Both the position numbers and the translations under genes were made by a program. A stretch of DNA of 64,000 nucleotides from Takakia lepidozioides (taxonomy: Eukaryota > Plantae > Bryophyta): positions 34,844,001-34,908,000 of the forward strand of contig CM060733.1 in the NCBI GenBank assembly GCA_030704615.1, in the 5' to 3' direction. This document shows positions 34,385 through 48,234 of this stretch, piece by piece. The notes beneath the pieces were generated by a model that saw nothing but the letters and a program-made list of their open reading frames with translations, was not told where the DNA came from and did no database searches. Each line of letters begins with the position of its first letter. Positions within the stretch are counted from its first letter, which is position 1.

Positions 34385-36875
34385 CTTTCCCGCTCAAACT
34401 GGGCGCGGGGTCAATGGCCACAAGGCTACGGCAAACGTCTTATGAGTACACACTTTCACTTTCACATACTTTGATCTTTGGGGGTTAGAGACTAATGTCA
34501 GCAAATGTGCAGTGGTAGCATTCAACGACAGAGGAGAGGGAGGAAGTGATCTTAAGTGGCAGTGGGGTAGCCAAGAGATCCCGGTCCTCCCTTCCTACAC
34601 TTACCTGGGCGTTGAGTTTTCCTCCAATTGTAATTGGGATGCACATATCCGGAAAGCTCTGGGGCTCACTACATTTTTCCACTGCAGAGGGGTCAACTCT
34701 GAGGTTAAGAAAACCATGCTTTGTCGCATTATTAGACCTGCCTTGGAGTACAGATCTGCAATATGGGTTGATAACTCCAACCAGGCTAAGTCTCTAGAAT
34801 CCATTCAAGTGGGGGTGCTTAAGGAGTGTATGTCAGCATGCTCCAAAACAGCCAATGTGGCTGTTCGGGGTGAGTTTGGCATTCCGTCCTTAAGCTCCCG
34901 ACGAGATGAATTCAAAGTCAGATGGTGGGGTCAGCTGCAACATATGCCCAACACCAGATATCCTACGTTAATCGACTCTATATCTTGGAAACAGGACCGC
35001 CCTGTCAAACAGGCTAAGTCCTGGCAGAAGAGAGTAGAAGAGATTCTCAAGGACCTGGACCTGGAGCCGCAAGTCTTGACCCTGCTGGATAAATCTGACT
35101 TAGAGGCTGTAGTGTCCAAAGCCATGTCTGTTGCCATGAGATTGTCTGATGAAAATGAAGTTAGGCAGAAAACTTCCCTGAACTTGTTTCCAGTCAGTGA
35201 CATGGGGGAGGACATCTTGGATGACCTCAAGGGTCTACCCACTCTCGGCTCTAAACTGAAATTTAAACTCAGGGCAGGAAGCCTACCTTTGAACAGCATA
35301 CAGAAGGAGGGAGGAAAGGGAGAGTGCAATTGCCCGTTGTGTGGGCAATCTGAAGACAGTATTCATTTTCTGATACACTATCCGGGGTTCTCTCACCAAA
35401 GAGAGGCTCTCTTTAAATCTATCAAGGGAATTGTGCCTGTACCCCTGTTTACCAACTTTGAAAGTCTCGAGGCTGAGCCAAAAGCCCAGGCCCTCCTGAG
35501 GCCTAATTTTTTGGGCAAATCACACACAGCAGATTGATGCTTGTGTGAAGGGATTTCTAGAGGATATCTGGAAAACCCGGATTGATTCTATATATGAAGG
35601 TAAGTCTTACTACCAACGTCAGCCCCTGACAGAGGTAGGTTCTGTCCCTTTTGTTCCCGCTCAAACTGGGCGCGGGGTCAATGGCCACAAGGCTACCGCA
35701 AACAACGTCTTATGAGTACAATCTCTCTTTCACACAAACAAAAATAGGCATAAAACTTCCCTGAACTTGTTTCCAGTCTGTGACACTGGTGAAGGACCTT
35801 AAGGATGACTTGAAGGGACTACCTATCCTTGGTGCTAGACTGAAATTTACACTCAGGACAGGGACTCTACCTTTGAACAGTAAACAGATGCAGAGAGGAA
35901 AAGGAGATAGTCAATGCCCAATGTGCAGGCAGCCTGAAGACAACTCCATTCTCTGATACAATGTTCGGGGTATTCTCATCAGAGAGCGGCCCTCTTCAGG
36001 ACCATCAAGAACATAGTCCCTGCATCTGCTCACCAGCTTTAAAAATCGTGGTTGACCTAAAGCCCTGGATCTTTTAGGGTCTAACTGTTGGGCAGATCAC
36101 ACACAGCAGAGTGATGCCTTGTGTGAAAGGCTTTCTAGAGGAAAGTTGGAAAGCCCGAACAAGTCGTCCCACTAGTAGAGTGAGGCCCGCACAAAGGTAG
36201 TGTCTGTTCCCTTTTGTTCCGCCTGAGCGAAGACTCTATGGACAAAAGGCTATGTCACACAATATCTTATGTATTAATTCTCTCTCCCGCACATCAGAGA
36301 TACATTTGTAGTGTTTCGATGTGGTTTTCATGTTGAGACCCTATGACCGTAACAAACTTATTACATTCTCTCTCTCTCTGAACTTCCTGGCCACAAGGCT
36401 ACGGCAAACAACATTCTCTCTGAACATCCTGAAATTTAAACTCAAAGCGGGAAGCCTACCTTTGAACAGCAAACAGAAGCAGAGACGAAAGGGGGATAGC
36501 AAATGCCCATTGTGTGGGCAAACTGAAGACAATATTTCATCTTCTGATTCGTTGTCCTGGGTACTCTCATCAGAGAGACGCCCTCTTCAAATCCATCAGG
36601 GAGTTGTGCCTGTCCCTCTGTTTACCAACTTTGAAAGTCTCGAGGCTGAGCAAAAAGCCCAGGCCATTTGGGGCCTAGTTATTGGGCAAACCACACACAG
36701 CAGATTGATGCTTGTGTGAAGGGATTTCTAGAGGATATCTGGAAAACTCGGATCAATTGCTGTTCCAAGGTAAGTCATACTACAAAGGTAGTTTCTGTCC
36801 CTTTGTGTTCCGCTCAAACTGGGCGCAGGGTCAATGGCCACAAGGCTACAGCAAACAACGTGTTCTGAGTATATT
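34385..36875 (+). mobile_element. Cluster of 5'-truncated LINE copies (RT C-terminus plus CCHC-type finger) sharing one 3' end
   Basis: ORF 34512-35537 has YTYLGVEF..WDAHI, RPALEY and LRAGSLPLN..CPLCG..EDSIHFL. The 3' motif CCGCTCAAACTGGGCGC.GGGTCAATGGCCACAAGGCTAC occurs at ~34390, ~35657 and ~36810, with degenerate or partial copies at ~36220 and ~36388. Confidence 0.8.
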
Positions 36876-38830
36876 CTCTGATCATCCTGGAACAACATGA
36901 GTACATTCACTCTGGACTTCCCGTGGACATAATGAACTTATTTGTCTTAAACCAATCACACCTTCCCTTAAGACAAAACAGGTGCTTAGGGGTTTGAAGA
37001 TTACGTCAAGGCCATGACAATCTGCTTCAAGTCATTCTCCACATTCTTCATGTTTGCCAGTGCCTGCGCAATAAATATCAAAGACAGCCAAGCTGCAGGC
37101 TTGGACTGCCATCCCCATAGCCATGCCACTCTGAAGTGAGATAAAAATGTATGTAGCAAGGGCCACAAGCAAACATACAAAGGCTGCCAGCTAATCACCC
37201 TAGCTGAAACCTAGAGGCAGCCGACCCTAAATGAGAACTCAATTAGTGATACAAAAACACCAGTCAGTCCTCACTCTCACACAGGCGCTTTCAAGAACAG
37301 AATTGCAGCTTGATCACTTTATTTGATCATTCATAGTGAGGATACTTCGACTCCAATTTTTGAAACGCACGTCCTGGGCAAGACAGAAAATCTTAACCGC
37401 AGAGGGATGGCAAATCCAGCTTAAAACCTACAATGTACATAGTAAAAGCGTCCCATTGTTCACGGTTGAGCATTGCAGCCGACTGAAACCCTCTCTTCAA
37501 GGTCAAGCCGAGAAATATATTTCCTTGCAACATATAACTCCAATAAAATCTACAGATACCTCTATGGGACGAGATCTAAACATCAAAATCATGCTGAAAA
37601 AGTAAAAGGAACCGAAAATGCGAATAGAAGTACAACAACGCAAACCAACACAAAGAACTGCAGCTGCCACGATGATGTGAGGAAAAGCATTAGGGCAAAC
37701 TCACCCGCATCATCACACCGCCTATACCAAAGATGATCGCCAAAAGGCTGGAGTAATCAGGTGGGATATCGTTTGGGTTCACCGCAGTCGCTACATAGGG
37801 CCTCGCTGCTGATGGCATCCGCGGATCCGATTTGTCAGCCATGCTTTTCTTCCCTCTTCGAACCTAAACTTCACCGACTTTCCAGTTGATTATTGATCCG
37901 ATCTGCCACCCATTCCTTCTCCTCCTGTCAACAATCCCCAAATCCCCACTGCCAAACAAGCGATCGAAAGAGAGACGAACAGACAACATCAGCCCTGCAT
38001 CCCTTCTTCCTGCACTAAGAGCAATTTTACAGAATATGCTTTAATTATAGAATATTCTTTCGGATTTTTTGAACAGCATTCATCCGTGTCTGGTCAAACG
38101 AAGCTTGACTTCGTCACTAGTAACTGACTATCGGTCGAGTGGAAGTTACTAGTTGGACCCGAGAGTCCAGAGCGTGGGACGCGCTTCGCCATCGCTCTTC
38201 TGCGTTTCTGTGATTCTTCTTGTCGGAGACTCGGTGCAATTCGTGGAAGTTCTATCCGATTCGTGGATTAACTTAAGTGGAAAAGTGGTGGAATCCATGC
38301 TAGGCACGAGAAGAGAGAGAGTGATGTTGTATGGCGCGGTTGCAGAGAAACAAGTTTCGGTTTTTTGCCAGAGAGTGGGATTTGCGAGTCCGAAGATGGA
38401 GTGAACAAATCTGGTGACGCAATTCATGAAGTTCAGTGATCAATTGTTGGAAATCGTTGCGGTTCTACGACCGGGCATGTGGTTCTCAAGGAGCTGCTAG
38501 TTGTGGACTGTTAGTGTTCCCGCGAGGTCCCAGGGACAAGAACGAAAGAAGCACATAGGAAGGAAAGCATGGGCGTGAGGAAATCAGGGGGATTAGCAGT
38601 TTGATACCATTCTGCTAGCTGTAAGCATGAAATTTGACTGGTGGAGAGAGAGAAAAGGGGGGGGGGGGGGGGAGCACATAGACAACGAAGTGCAGACAGA
38701 GGGAAGAATTGGGCGAATTTCAACAGCTACCAGACGCGGTTAAGAGAATGACACAGAGTGTGCGGTGGAAAAAGAGGAGAGAAAGGAAGGCATGAGGAGG
38801 AGAGGTCAAGGGGTTTAGCAGTTTCACGAC

Positions 38831-41800
38831 ATGGGGTTAAAGAGTGCTGGAGTGCTCTACATTTCTCACGAGCCAGGAGACTCAAACAACTATGGGGAGA
38901 AGGCGATAGAGAATCCGCTCCTGACAGCTCGACGGGCGCTTTGTCAAACTCTAGAGAAGACCCGGCAGTTAGAGTCATTGTTGGACAAATCTCAGCTCCG
39001 CTTGCGCAGCATCGGTGAGCGGCTGCCCCCCCTCGAGAAAGCCATCACCCCCTTGCAATTGCAATCAAATTTAATGAAGGACCTGTCCAGGCGGGTAGAC
39101 AAAGGCATGGAGCCAGCGAAGGCAACGCTCAAGATATATGAGGCAGTGCATAAGCTAGAGAGGACCATTCAGCGGGACCCTCGCCACGACCTCCATGGCT
39201 ACCTGGTAGCAATTATACAGCTGGAAGAGTTGCTTGAGCATCTTAAAAGGCAATCAGCAGTTACTGTGGAGTCATTGCAAGAGGTCATTGAATTCCTTGA
39301 AACCTCGAAGTCAGTTGACAATTATCGCCTCCACAAGCTCCATGAATACCTCCAGACAACGCTGAAGGCGCAGCAAACAGGTCAGAACCTTTTCACAAGT
39401 GTTTCTGTCGCGATTGAGACGTGTGTTTTTTGGGGAGTAGGGGAACGGTTGGTTTGGTTCACTGCAGGGAGGGGCTCTGTACTCAGCAGTTGTTTATTCC
39501 GTGAAAATTCTTCATAGATTTTTCATGGACTGAGCAGTTTATTAGGGGTCCTTCAAAGATTCTGCTCAGGGCCCACGTTCCTCCTTCCATAACGGTGTCA
39601 AGTTATTCGTCAAGAAGTGTGTGTGAGTTGATGAGGTATTTGAGAAAATATCTGTGTTCCGTTTCCTAGTTGGTTCAATTTTGCTGGACAAAAGGTCATT
39701 GATTTTAAGGTTTAGCTGGGTATCTTTGCCTCCAACTTTGGTTGCTTGACATAGCCTTGTGGCCATAGACCCAGAACTGGTCTGAAAGAATCAGAGAAAG
39801 TGAAAATCTTCAACCCTGCAGGTGAGGAGACGTCAGGAGTGGATGGGGGCTTGCTAAGCATCGCCTTGGAGAAATTGGTGGCAGAGTTCAGGCGACTTGT
39901 GGTTCAGTACACTCTGCCTGTCATCCTCCATGAGGATGTTGCTGTCCAGACAGAGGAACATACTCCACATGTTAAGAAGCGGGATAACCTACCCCTTCTA
40001 CCCACAGTTGTGCTTGAAAAAATACATGCCATTTTGGATAGACTGGCAGCCAATCATTGGGTTGAAAGCTGTGTGGATGTGTACAAAGAAGTTCGGAGCA
40101 CTCAAAGTCTTGTGACCTTACAGGTAGGATCTTTCCATCAAGAAGTGGACTTATCCTTACGTAGCACAGCCCTTGGATTGCATTGGTATGCTCTTCACCG
40201 CCCACAATACAACCAACCTTTTTTGGGGAGTCCGATTGTGACAGCGCACAGGTCCCATAAAGCTTGCAGACATGCTGGTCTGTCAGAAGCCATGTCTGCC
40301 TGGATTCCTTGTTAGTGTGAATTTCAAATCAGTCGAAGGAAGTGAGAGGAAGGACCAACTTGCCAATAAAATGAAAAGTTTAATGTCCGTGGTATCTTGC
40401 AGACATTGCAATCGGAATATTTGAAGAACTGGAGCTCTGAAGCAATCGATAAATTAAACTGGGAGGACCTACAGACCATGATAGGACTATGGGCTCAGCA
40501 CATCGGGGTGGCAGTGAGGGTGTTATATGCGTATGAGAGGCGCCTTGCAAGGGAAGTATTTTCCCCAATGGAGCCCCACCTATGGGTTGAATGCTTTTCC
40601 AAGGTGGCATGGACTGGCATGCTTCAGTTTGTGCAGTTTGGGGAGGTAGTTGGACACAGCCAGCGGGCTCCTGAGAAATTGTTTAAGCTGCTTGACATGT
40701 TTGAAGCCATGGAGGCTTGTGCATCGGATGTTGCCCAGGTGTTTGAGGGAGAGGGCTGCCGTGAGCTCCGGAAACGAGTGCAGGAGCTCCAAAAGCAGGT
40801 AGTGGCACCATTCCTGAAGGAGTTGTATGCTCAGATCTTATCCTTGAGGGCAAGGGCAGCTGGGAGCTTAATTGTGTAGAGCCACCTGAAAAGATGCACC
40901 TTTTGCTCAGTAAATACATTTTCCCCACACATAGAGGACTAGCTATTGTGGGAGCTCCTTACTTGGGGAGCAATATTATCCGGTTAAGTTCAATGTTTTG
41001 TGCGTTAGATGGTATAGACATAAACACTCCCCTTACACTGCACAGCCACAAAATGTACTGCTTTGTTAAAGCTTTCCAGTCACAAGCAGGATATTGGCAA
41101 AATATGGATGCAGATTGCAGATGGAGCCTGCCAAACCTTTTGGGAGTTTGAGAACTGGGTGCAGGTGCAGAATGAGGATGTCCCTCTTTATGACGGCAGC
41201 GTAATGCGTCTTTGCAGCTATGTGGTCAATTACCTAAAGTATTTGTTAAGTGAATTTTATTACCCAATCATAGACCAGGTCTTGAAATTTGATCAGAGTT
41301 GGGATGGTGAAAGCCGGAATGAGGAAGGAGGACTGTCACATGGAGTTTTACTGTTTATGCAAGCGCTTGAACGCCAAGTGGTTGACCGGTCTAAGGAATA
41401 TCCCGATGCTGCATTGAGACACATCTTTCTCATGAACAACATATGGTACATGTGCACACGTGTCAAACAAACAGAGCTTGGAGCATTATTGGGCGACACA
41501 TGGATAGCGGATCAACGTCGCAAGGTAAAGAGTACTATGCAATCTTAGAGGACTAGGGATAGAGAGAGGGGGAATAGGACAGAAGTTTATAACTCCCACA
41601 GAAAAGGAAAAGACTTACTGAAGAGGATGCAAACAAAGAAATGAAGAAAAGAGAGAGACTCAGCTGTAGAGAATACCACAAGGTACTAGAAAGCAGGTCT
41701 GCAGTTAGTATCCTGTATTTTCTTCTTGCTGCCCTATCTTTTTCCATTCCTACATTGTCCAAGTCTATGGCCAGACAAGCATGGTTTAGTGACACCTCTC

Positions 41801-42881
41801 TCTCTCTTGTCCCATAAGTTCTTTGGACTTTCTGTGGACATGACAAAGTTTCTTTCTTTCGCCATTCGCTAGAACATTAATTGTGGTTTCTGGACTTGTT
41901 CCTCTCTCATGTTTCCATTTTGTCCCATAAGCTCTATGAGCTTTCCGCGGACGTTATAAAGTACCATTTCATTTCATTTCATTTCATTTCTTTCTTTCTT
42001 TCTTTCTCTCCCACTGTACTTCATTTTAAGCTCCTTGCTTTTTTCTTTTTATAAGAGGCAAGATGATTCCAATCCTGAACAGTCAAGTGCTCACATGTGC
42101 TCACATGTCATGTGCGGTCCACAATCTGGGATGATTGTTTTGAAATGCTTTACCCACTCACTAGAAAACACACAAGGAGAGGCCACCCATCTTCACAGAG
42201 ATCCTCGGTGATATGGAGGTGCCTGAATTTGTCAGATAATAGATGGCAGAATTTTCCTGTCACATCGTACTAAACTATGGGGGAACAACAATTTTGAAGG
42301 CTGGAATCAGCTCTCTAAGGCACTCCTAGTGGCCAGGACCTCCTGAGGCTTGTCCTGTACCGGATGTGGGGTTTATGGAAACAAGGCTAATGGGAAGCGA
42401 GGACATGGAGGATGCCTCAATTTTTTGTGGCAATGGACATCCCCTGATTTTGCAGGTAAAGCAGCATGCCCTTGGCTATGAGACCGAAGGCTGGCGTCAA
42501 GTGTCACTTCCTCTCAGTTCCAACGAGCTCATAGCATCTTCAGGAGGGAGAGGAGTGGCCCATGACCTGGTCAGACAGCGACTAGGAGCATTCAACACAG
42601 CATTTGAGGATACTTTGCGTAGACACTCTGCATGGAGCATTCCAGAGGATGATCTGAGGGTTGACATGCAGCTGGTAGTTGTGCAGACCTTGGTTCCAAC
42701 CTATAGGAGTTTCATTCAGAGTTATGGTTCCTTGATAGAAAGGGGTGGCTCAAACATATATATAAAGTACTCAGCTGAGAAGGTTGAGGCGATGCTAGGT
42801 GACCTGTTTCGTGGTCGGCCTGTAAAGCCCCAGCGGAATGGCACCAACTTGCACACTCCTGATGGGAAGGGATCAATTTGA
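38831..42881 (+). CDS. EXO70: Exocyst subunit EXO70, G-clade-like; exons 38831-39380, 39822-40123, 40403-40798, 41114-41524, 42456-42881
   Basis: DGGLLSIALEKLVAEFRRL, PEKLFKLLDMF, DGSVMRLCSYVVNYL, ALRHIFLMNN, FNTAFED..HSAWSIP, LVPTYRSF, YIKYSAE. All introns are GT-AG and in phase. Confidence 0.93.
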
Positions 42882-43473
42882 TTCATGTTCCTGCTTACTG
42901 CCTCCACCCTCCCCCCCACCAACAAGCCTTTGACTGATACAAGAAATGTCAAGGAAACCGTGTATCTGCAACAAATGTATTGAACGGTTTTGCTCTGGAA
43001 ACTGAGAGTCCAAAGCTCAGACATGTCCAAAGTGTTGGGATTCTGCTGAATTGGCAGAAACTATTGAGGCTCTCGAAAAGCCTGTCTAATACTATCTAAA
43101 CGATAAGGAGTCCAGGGCCTGCATATCCCCTTCTCTGGCTCCTAAGTGGCAAAAGCTGCATGTCCTGCCCTTCCACATGGTTCTCAGGACGCTTTATGAA
43201 TCTCTCTGGCTCATGATCAAGGGATCTCTCCATGGAAGGATCTCAGCCTACTTCCCATTGGGAGGGAAAGTCCAGCATTCTTACGAAGAAATCCCTTTCA
43301 AGCATTTATGGGGAAAAGCTGGAGGGAGAGATGAGGGGGAATATTTTGCGATCCAAGCGTCCAGCCAACTTGATTGTAACATCATTGAGATTGCAGTACT
43401 TGTGTGTTTGAAATCATGCTTCCCGATTCTTGCTAGTCGCAGTCAGCTCGCTCATCTCTCTGGGCTACCTGCA

Positions 43474-43607
43474 GGTAGCCCAGTGGTTGGGTGTTTGTGC
43501 CCTGCCTGTGCATAACCTAGGTGATCCTGGGTTCAATCCTTCAACATGTGCCTTCAAACCGTCCGTTGGGCCCTCGATGGCCTGTGTTGAGCAGTAGGCT
43601 CTGTAAA
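43474..43607 (+). mobile_element. tRNA-derived SINE-like repeat
   Basis: A-box-like TAGCCCAGTGG and B-box-like GGTTCAATCC. Second copy at 47241-47374. Confidence 0.55.
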
Positions 43608-44144
43608 TTCACTGGACGTTAAGGAAACTTTATCCTTTTATCCTTTATCTTTGCAGAAGCTTAGTTGCAATGTTTGCCAGATTCTTGTGAATTATAGGTA
43701 CGTTGTCAGTGTTCATTTGCAACATTGGGCAGAGCTTGTATCAAAATCGTTGACTGGGCAAGACACTTTAAAGTCTCGATGCTGGTCTGTTTGCTGTCCT
43801 GGGAGACTGATCTCTAATCCTCTCACACACTACTGTGCAGGAAATTTGTGATGACTCTTTAGAATCGTAAAACATCAGCTCATAATGCTGCAAGATGTCA
43901 TGCCCATTTCAATCAGCTATACCACCCAAAAACTGTGACTGGACTTGTTAGTGCAGTGTTATAGATACTGATATAACAGTTGAGAATTCGATCACTCCTA
44001 TGTAAAGTCAATCGTTTGATTCAGATTTGTTCAGCGCCAAATAACTTCTGAAAGAATATGTTCCCCAAATACAATTGGATAGCTGGGAAATCTTCCCATC
44101 CATTTTAGATCGAGAATCTCTCCAACCAACAGACTAAAAGTACT

Positions 44145-47086
44145 TTAGCCTGCCACCATCTGCCATCCCATATAACCCCTTTGCGAAAAGTCTAAATCCC
44201 TACATGAATCTTGGATCGCCTGTTTTGCTACAATCTGTCCAACTTGCGCTACAGACTGATGGTTGGTATTTTGGTATCTTCCGAGAGTCTGTGATGTTAT
44301 TGGGCAAGCTCTATCCGGATGGCTGATGGCAGTATCCTTGCTTCTGGGCACAAGACTGACCAGAATGCTGGGCTCCTTCTCAAGGCCAAGCTGCTTCAGC
44401 TTTGAGCTGATGCCTACCTTGAAAGAATGATCACGGCTCCGAGTGTGTTCTCGGGAATTTCCAGCAGTCGGAGAGGGATAGAAAGCACCTGCATATTCTG
44501 TGCAACTCCAGGGTGTATGCTCATCCGCATCGGGTAAATTCAAAAAACAAGACAAACCCTATTGGTTCACCTGATGGTATCCTTATGCCTTCAATGGCAA
44601 GGACCTCTTCTTGAGATCCTGGTTCCTCTGGTTGCAACCCAAAAGCTTCAGGCTCTTTCGTTTGGATGATAATGGGCACTGGCCTTGAGATGTGAGCCTG
44701 GAAAACTGCACCAGTAAGAGTAATGTCTCTAATATGGACAACTTCTGGTCCTCGTGTGGCAATCAAATCACAATCCTTGGTTGTTCGCTCTGTCAGCAAT
44801 GAAGGGGCGATGAATCTTGCAAGCTTGGCTATGCCCCTCGAGAGTTGCTCCTTGAAGAACTTTGGAGCACAATCTGAAGACACTGAAACTGGAGCTGGCT
44901 CAGGCGGGTAGAATTGAACCAGAGCCAGTCATTCTCTACCTCTTCGTACTTGTCGCGCAATTTTTCAATATCAAGAGAGTCTGCTACCTGTACAAACCAG
45001 CAAGTGTCGTCACTGTTACTTGACCATTCCAAATCTGGACCAAAGTTTCCGTAGACGTAGATGCACATAATAACCGTTCTAGAGAGGGCAGGCGAGACAG
45101 GAACCTTCACACGAACAAGATCAGCGTTTTCATCGTAGAAGAGAAACTCCGAATTGAGCCAGTCGGGGTCAGTAAGGTCGCCACGATGACCTCCTGGCAG
45201 GTGCTTCCAGAGATCCCACAAACGGTCCACATTGGCGTGATGTACATAGAAAATGGGATCTCTTCCTGCAGAAAAGCATCGGGTCATGTCCTCCCTATGT
45301 CGCTCCCTCTCATCTCCTGCCCCCCCACATGTACACAAAAATCAAATTAATCGACACAGCTCTCGACTGTATCCTCTTATTGTCACCACCGTCATGCATT
45401 AACGAAGACTCCCAGGAACTATAAAGTGGTTTCTTTGAAAATCTAGGATATCCAAACAAACTGCATGGGCGCCCTTCCAAGACTTGTAAACAATCTGTAG
45501 TCACCTTTAGACGTTGATTCATTTGACGCCACAGACTCACTTCTCAAAAGCAGAGGATTCCAAAGTACAAGCTGCAGAGACTCTTGCCTTGTCTCTGCCA
45601 ATTACTCAAACGCACGTTTGGCGTAGATGTTTGCCGATGAGCTCTTTGCTTGATGAGCTCGTTCAGAAAGTAAACAATGCATTGTTTGCAAGTAAACTAG
45701 TGAAATGTACTATGGAAAGATTCCGCCTTGGAAGCATGGGCGACCAATGATTTCCTACAGGGAGCGATCTAGGAGGTGGGCAAAGAACCTATCCAGTAGT
45801 GGACGCTGTCATGCGCCTGATTTTCGAAGGCGGAACCGCCATAGAGCGGTGCGTCGCCACCGCGGAAAGGCTGCCCCAGAAACAGGAGCGGGGTGGGAGC
45901 GCCGCTCACAATACTGGTGTATAGAACGTTTCTATTCGCCGCCCGCTGCTCCTCCGGGCTGAGCACCGCGGCCGGCGGGCCGAAAGGCCAGAAGGTGAGG
46001 TCGACAATGGCAGGGGGCTGGTGGGCTGGGCTGCGTTTTTCGTCGAATAGCCCGACGTTTCGGCGGTCGACGTACATGGAGGGGAGCAAGTTCGAGGGCG
46101 GGTGGACGTCGAGCTGGTTGTCCCATTGCCAGAAGGGCAGCGCGAAGGTGTCGTCGCCCAACAGCGATGCGAGTATTCGCTCGTGAAAATACACGAACAA
46201 GCGATGGAAGGGCATAAGCAGCCAATTTTTGTGCACTTTCAACTCCTCCGTGGAATTCACTTGCCTGCGATAACAAGGAGTCGGATCCAGTGTTACAATC
46301 CAGTGTTACAATCTCAACAAGTCGTGGCTGGTAGTCTGGTGGTTATTATAAGCTAAATGATCTTTCAGAGAGGCGATGCATAGCACAAGTCTTCTTGCTG
46401 CATGTGAGCTAGATACTATAAAACACGTACTAGCTACTAATTAGATTGTACAACCTCATAGTTAGTTACCTTGTAGCCATCGCCTCGATTTTGAACTAAA
46501 ATATGTTGCTTGATAATGTGAATACCATTGAGTACGTAAGAGGTCTCTCTCCACTCGCTCCAGGAGAGGAGGAGAATGAGGGAGAAGCTAGTATTCCACC
46601 AAATCAGTGTCGAGACGACTGACTCAGAGAACGCGTTGAATAAATTGAGGGAGCACAACTACTGCCAGGGCGAAGTTTTAAGAAATCTTGCCTGTAAATT
46701 TTGGAACAGTAGGCACAGTGACTCTTGGCCTGACGAAGGAACGATCGGGGGTCATCATCTGGCAGCGCTTTCATCAGTTCATATGCTCGATTGAGCTTCT
46801 CTGTGTACGCCTGATCCACGTTGAGTATGGATCGCCTTACCCGCTTAGGCAAGTCAGTGTTGAATTGGAAGTTGATTTCCGGTCTCTTGGGGGGCAGAAA
46901 GCAGCAGTCTAGTGGAGCATCGTTTTCAATTATAGGATTGCACCTGGTCAAGTCCGGGCCTAGCACCGGAGCGGCATGCACACTGTGTATCTTCCTACTA
47001 CACTACGCCATAGATACTAGCATAATCGCCCACAACACTTTCTGTGTGCCCAATGCACATCCTGGATGCAGTCCTTCCCTACCCAT
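44145..47086 (-). pseudogene. PPO: Polyphenol oxidase, apparently disrupted; exons 47086-46692, 46264-45789, 45316-45105, 44987 to ~44145
   Basis: HCAYC, HKNWLLMPFHR..FHERIL (CuA), [26 protein letters not shown] (CuB), [28 protein letters not shown]. In-frame TAG at 47003-47005 and frameshifts near 44905 and 44545. First intron is GC-AG. Confidence 0.88.
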
Positions 47087-47240
47087 ACTTGTTGCCCACG
47101 AGTCCGAGACCAACTAAGTTATCAGCTGTACTCTGCCAGAGAGAGCATAAGTGGAGACCAATGCCTTGAAATTATACTTCGGATACTCCTTGAAGGTGCA
47201 CAGTTTTGAAGACGCCCAGCTATGAGACGGTTGTTGAGGC

Positions 47241-47374
47241 ACAGTGGTTGGGTGTTTGTGCTTTGCCTGTGCATAACCTAGGTAAGCCTGGGTTGAATCC
47301 TTCAACATGTTCCTTCAAACCGTCCATTGGGCCCTTGATAGAAAGCCTGTGTGTTGAGCAGTAGGCTCTGTAAA
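47241..47374 (+). mobile_element. SINE-like repeat, copy 2
   Basis: Similar to 43481-43607. Confidence 0.55.
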
Positions 47375-48234
47375 GCACCTACAACGGAAATTCCAGCCCC
47401 CGTAGCACTCAAGGATGCCAAAAACGGCCATAGCTTCAATTTCTCAATATTTGGAACAAGGCCTTATGACGGTATGAAAACTATATCGATCCGGTGCGCC
47501 CTGTCAAATCCTCCTCAACCCCTCATATTCGGTTCAGTCAAATCCTCGCCACCCCTGTACCACGTATTTACTATGAAATATTTCAGTTATAGGGTTACTC
47601 TTCTTCCGAACAGAAGTAGACTATGGACTCGATAGCGTTCACGAGGGAGGGAGAGTATTGGATGTAGCAAGGCCCAGCCGCTGGACCAATAGTAAAAGTT
47701 AAAATCAAAACCAGATGTATATATATAGCTGTGAGTGATTACCCACAACAGCACAAACGCATTTATAGGGCGGGGTGGTATCTAGTATCTACCATTACAA
47801 GTCATTTCTAGGGCTGGAATTCAAGTGTTCATAGTAACTTCACATGGTATCATGCTATAATGACAACCTAGATTTTGTCTAGGAAACACCCAACTCAACT
47901 TATCAAGGCATTCACCATTTTGCCTCGATTGTCCCACCATTGACTGGGGTCATAAAAGAATTTATTTCACAGCTTCTCCTCGTCTCTGTTACCTGTTTCT
48001 GGATACTTTCATGTTGTCATATTGGCAGTATCAAGTCAAAAGTCACTCCAAACTATCAAATGTTCACTCAACTAGCTAAATTTGCATAATTGAACATGGA
48101 AATTTAGGGCCGTAAAACAAGGTGAAATGTGTTGAAGAAGGTGCCTTGATTAGCAGTGCCTATCAATTGTGCCGCTGCTGCTGTGGCAAATGGACTGTCG
48201 AACTCCGGGATTTTCAAGACTGGAGCTTCCGCCA

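Noticed and set aside
43474-43560. tRNA gene
   Set aside because: It has A/B-box-like motifs but no convincing cloverleaf, and the similarity to 47241-47374 extends into a tail, so it is treated as a SINE.
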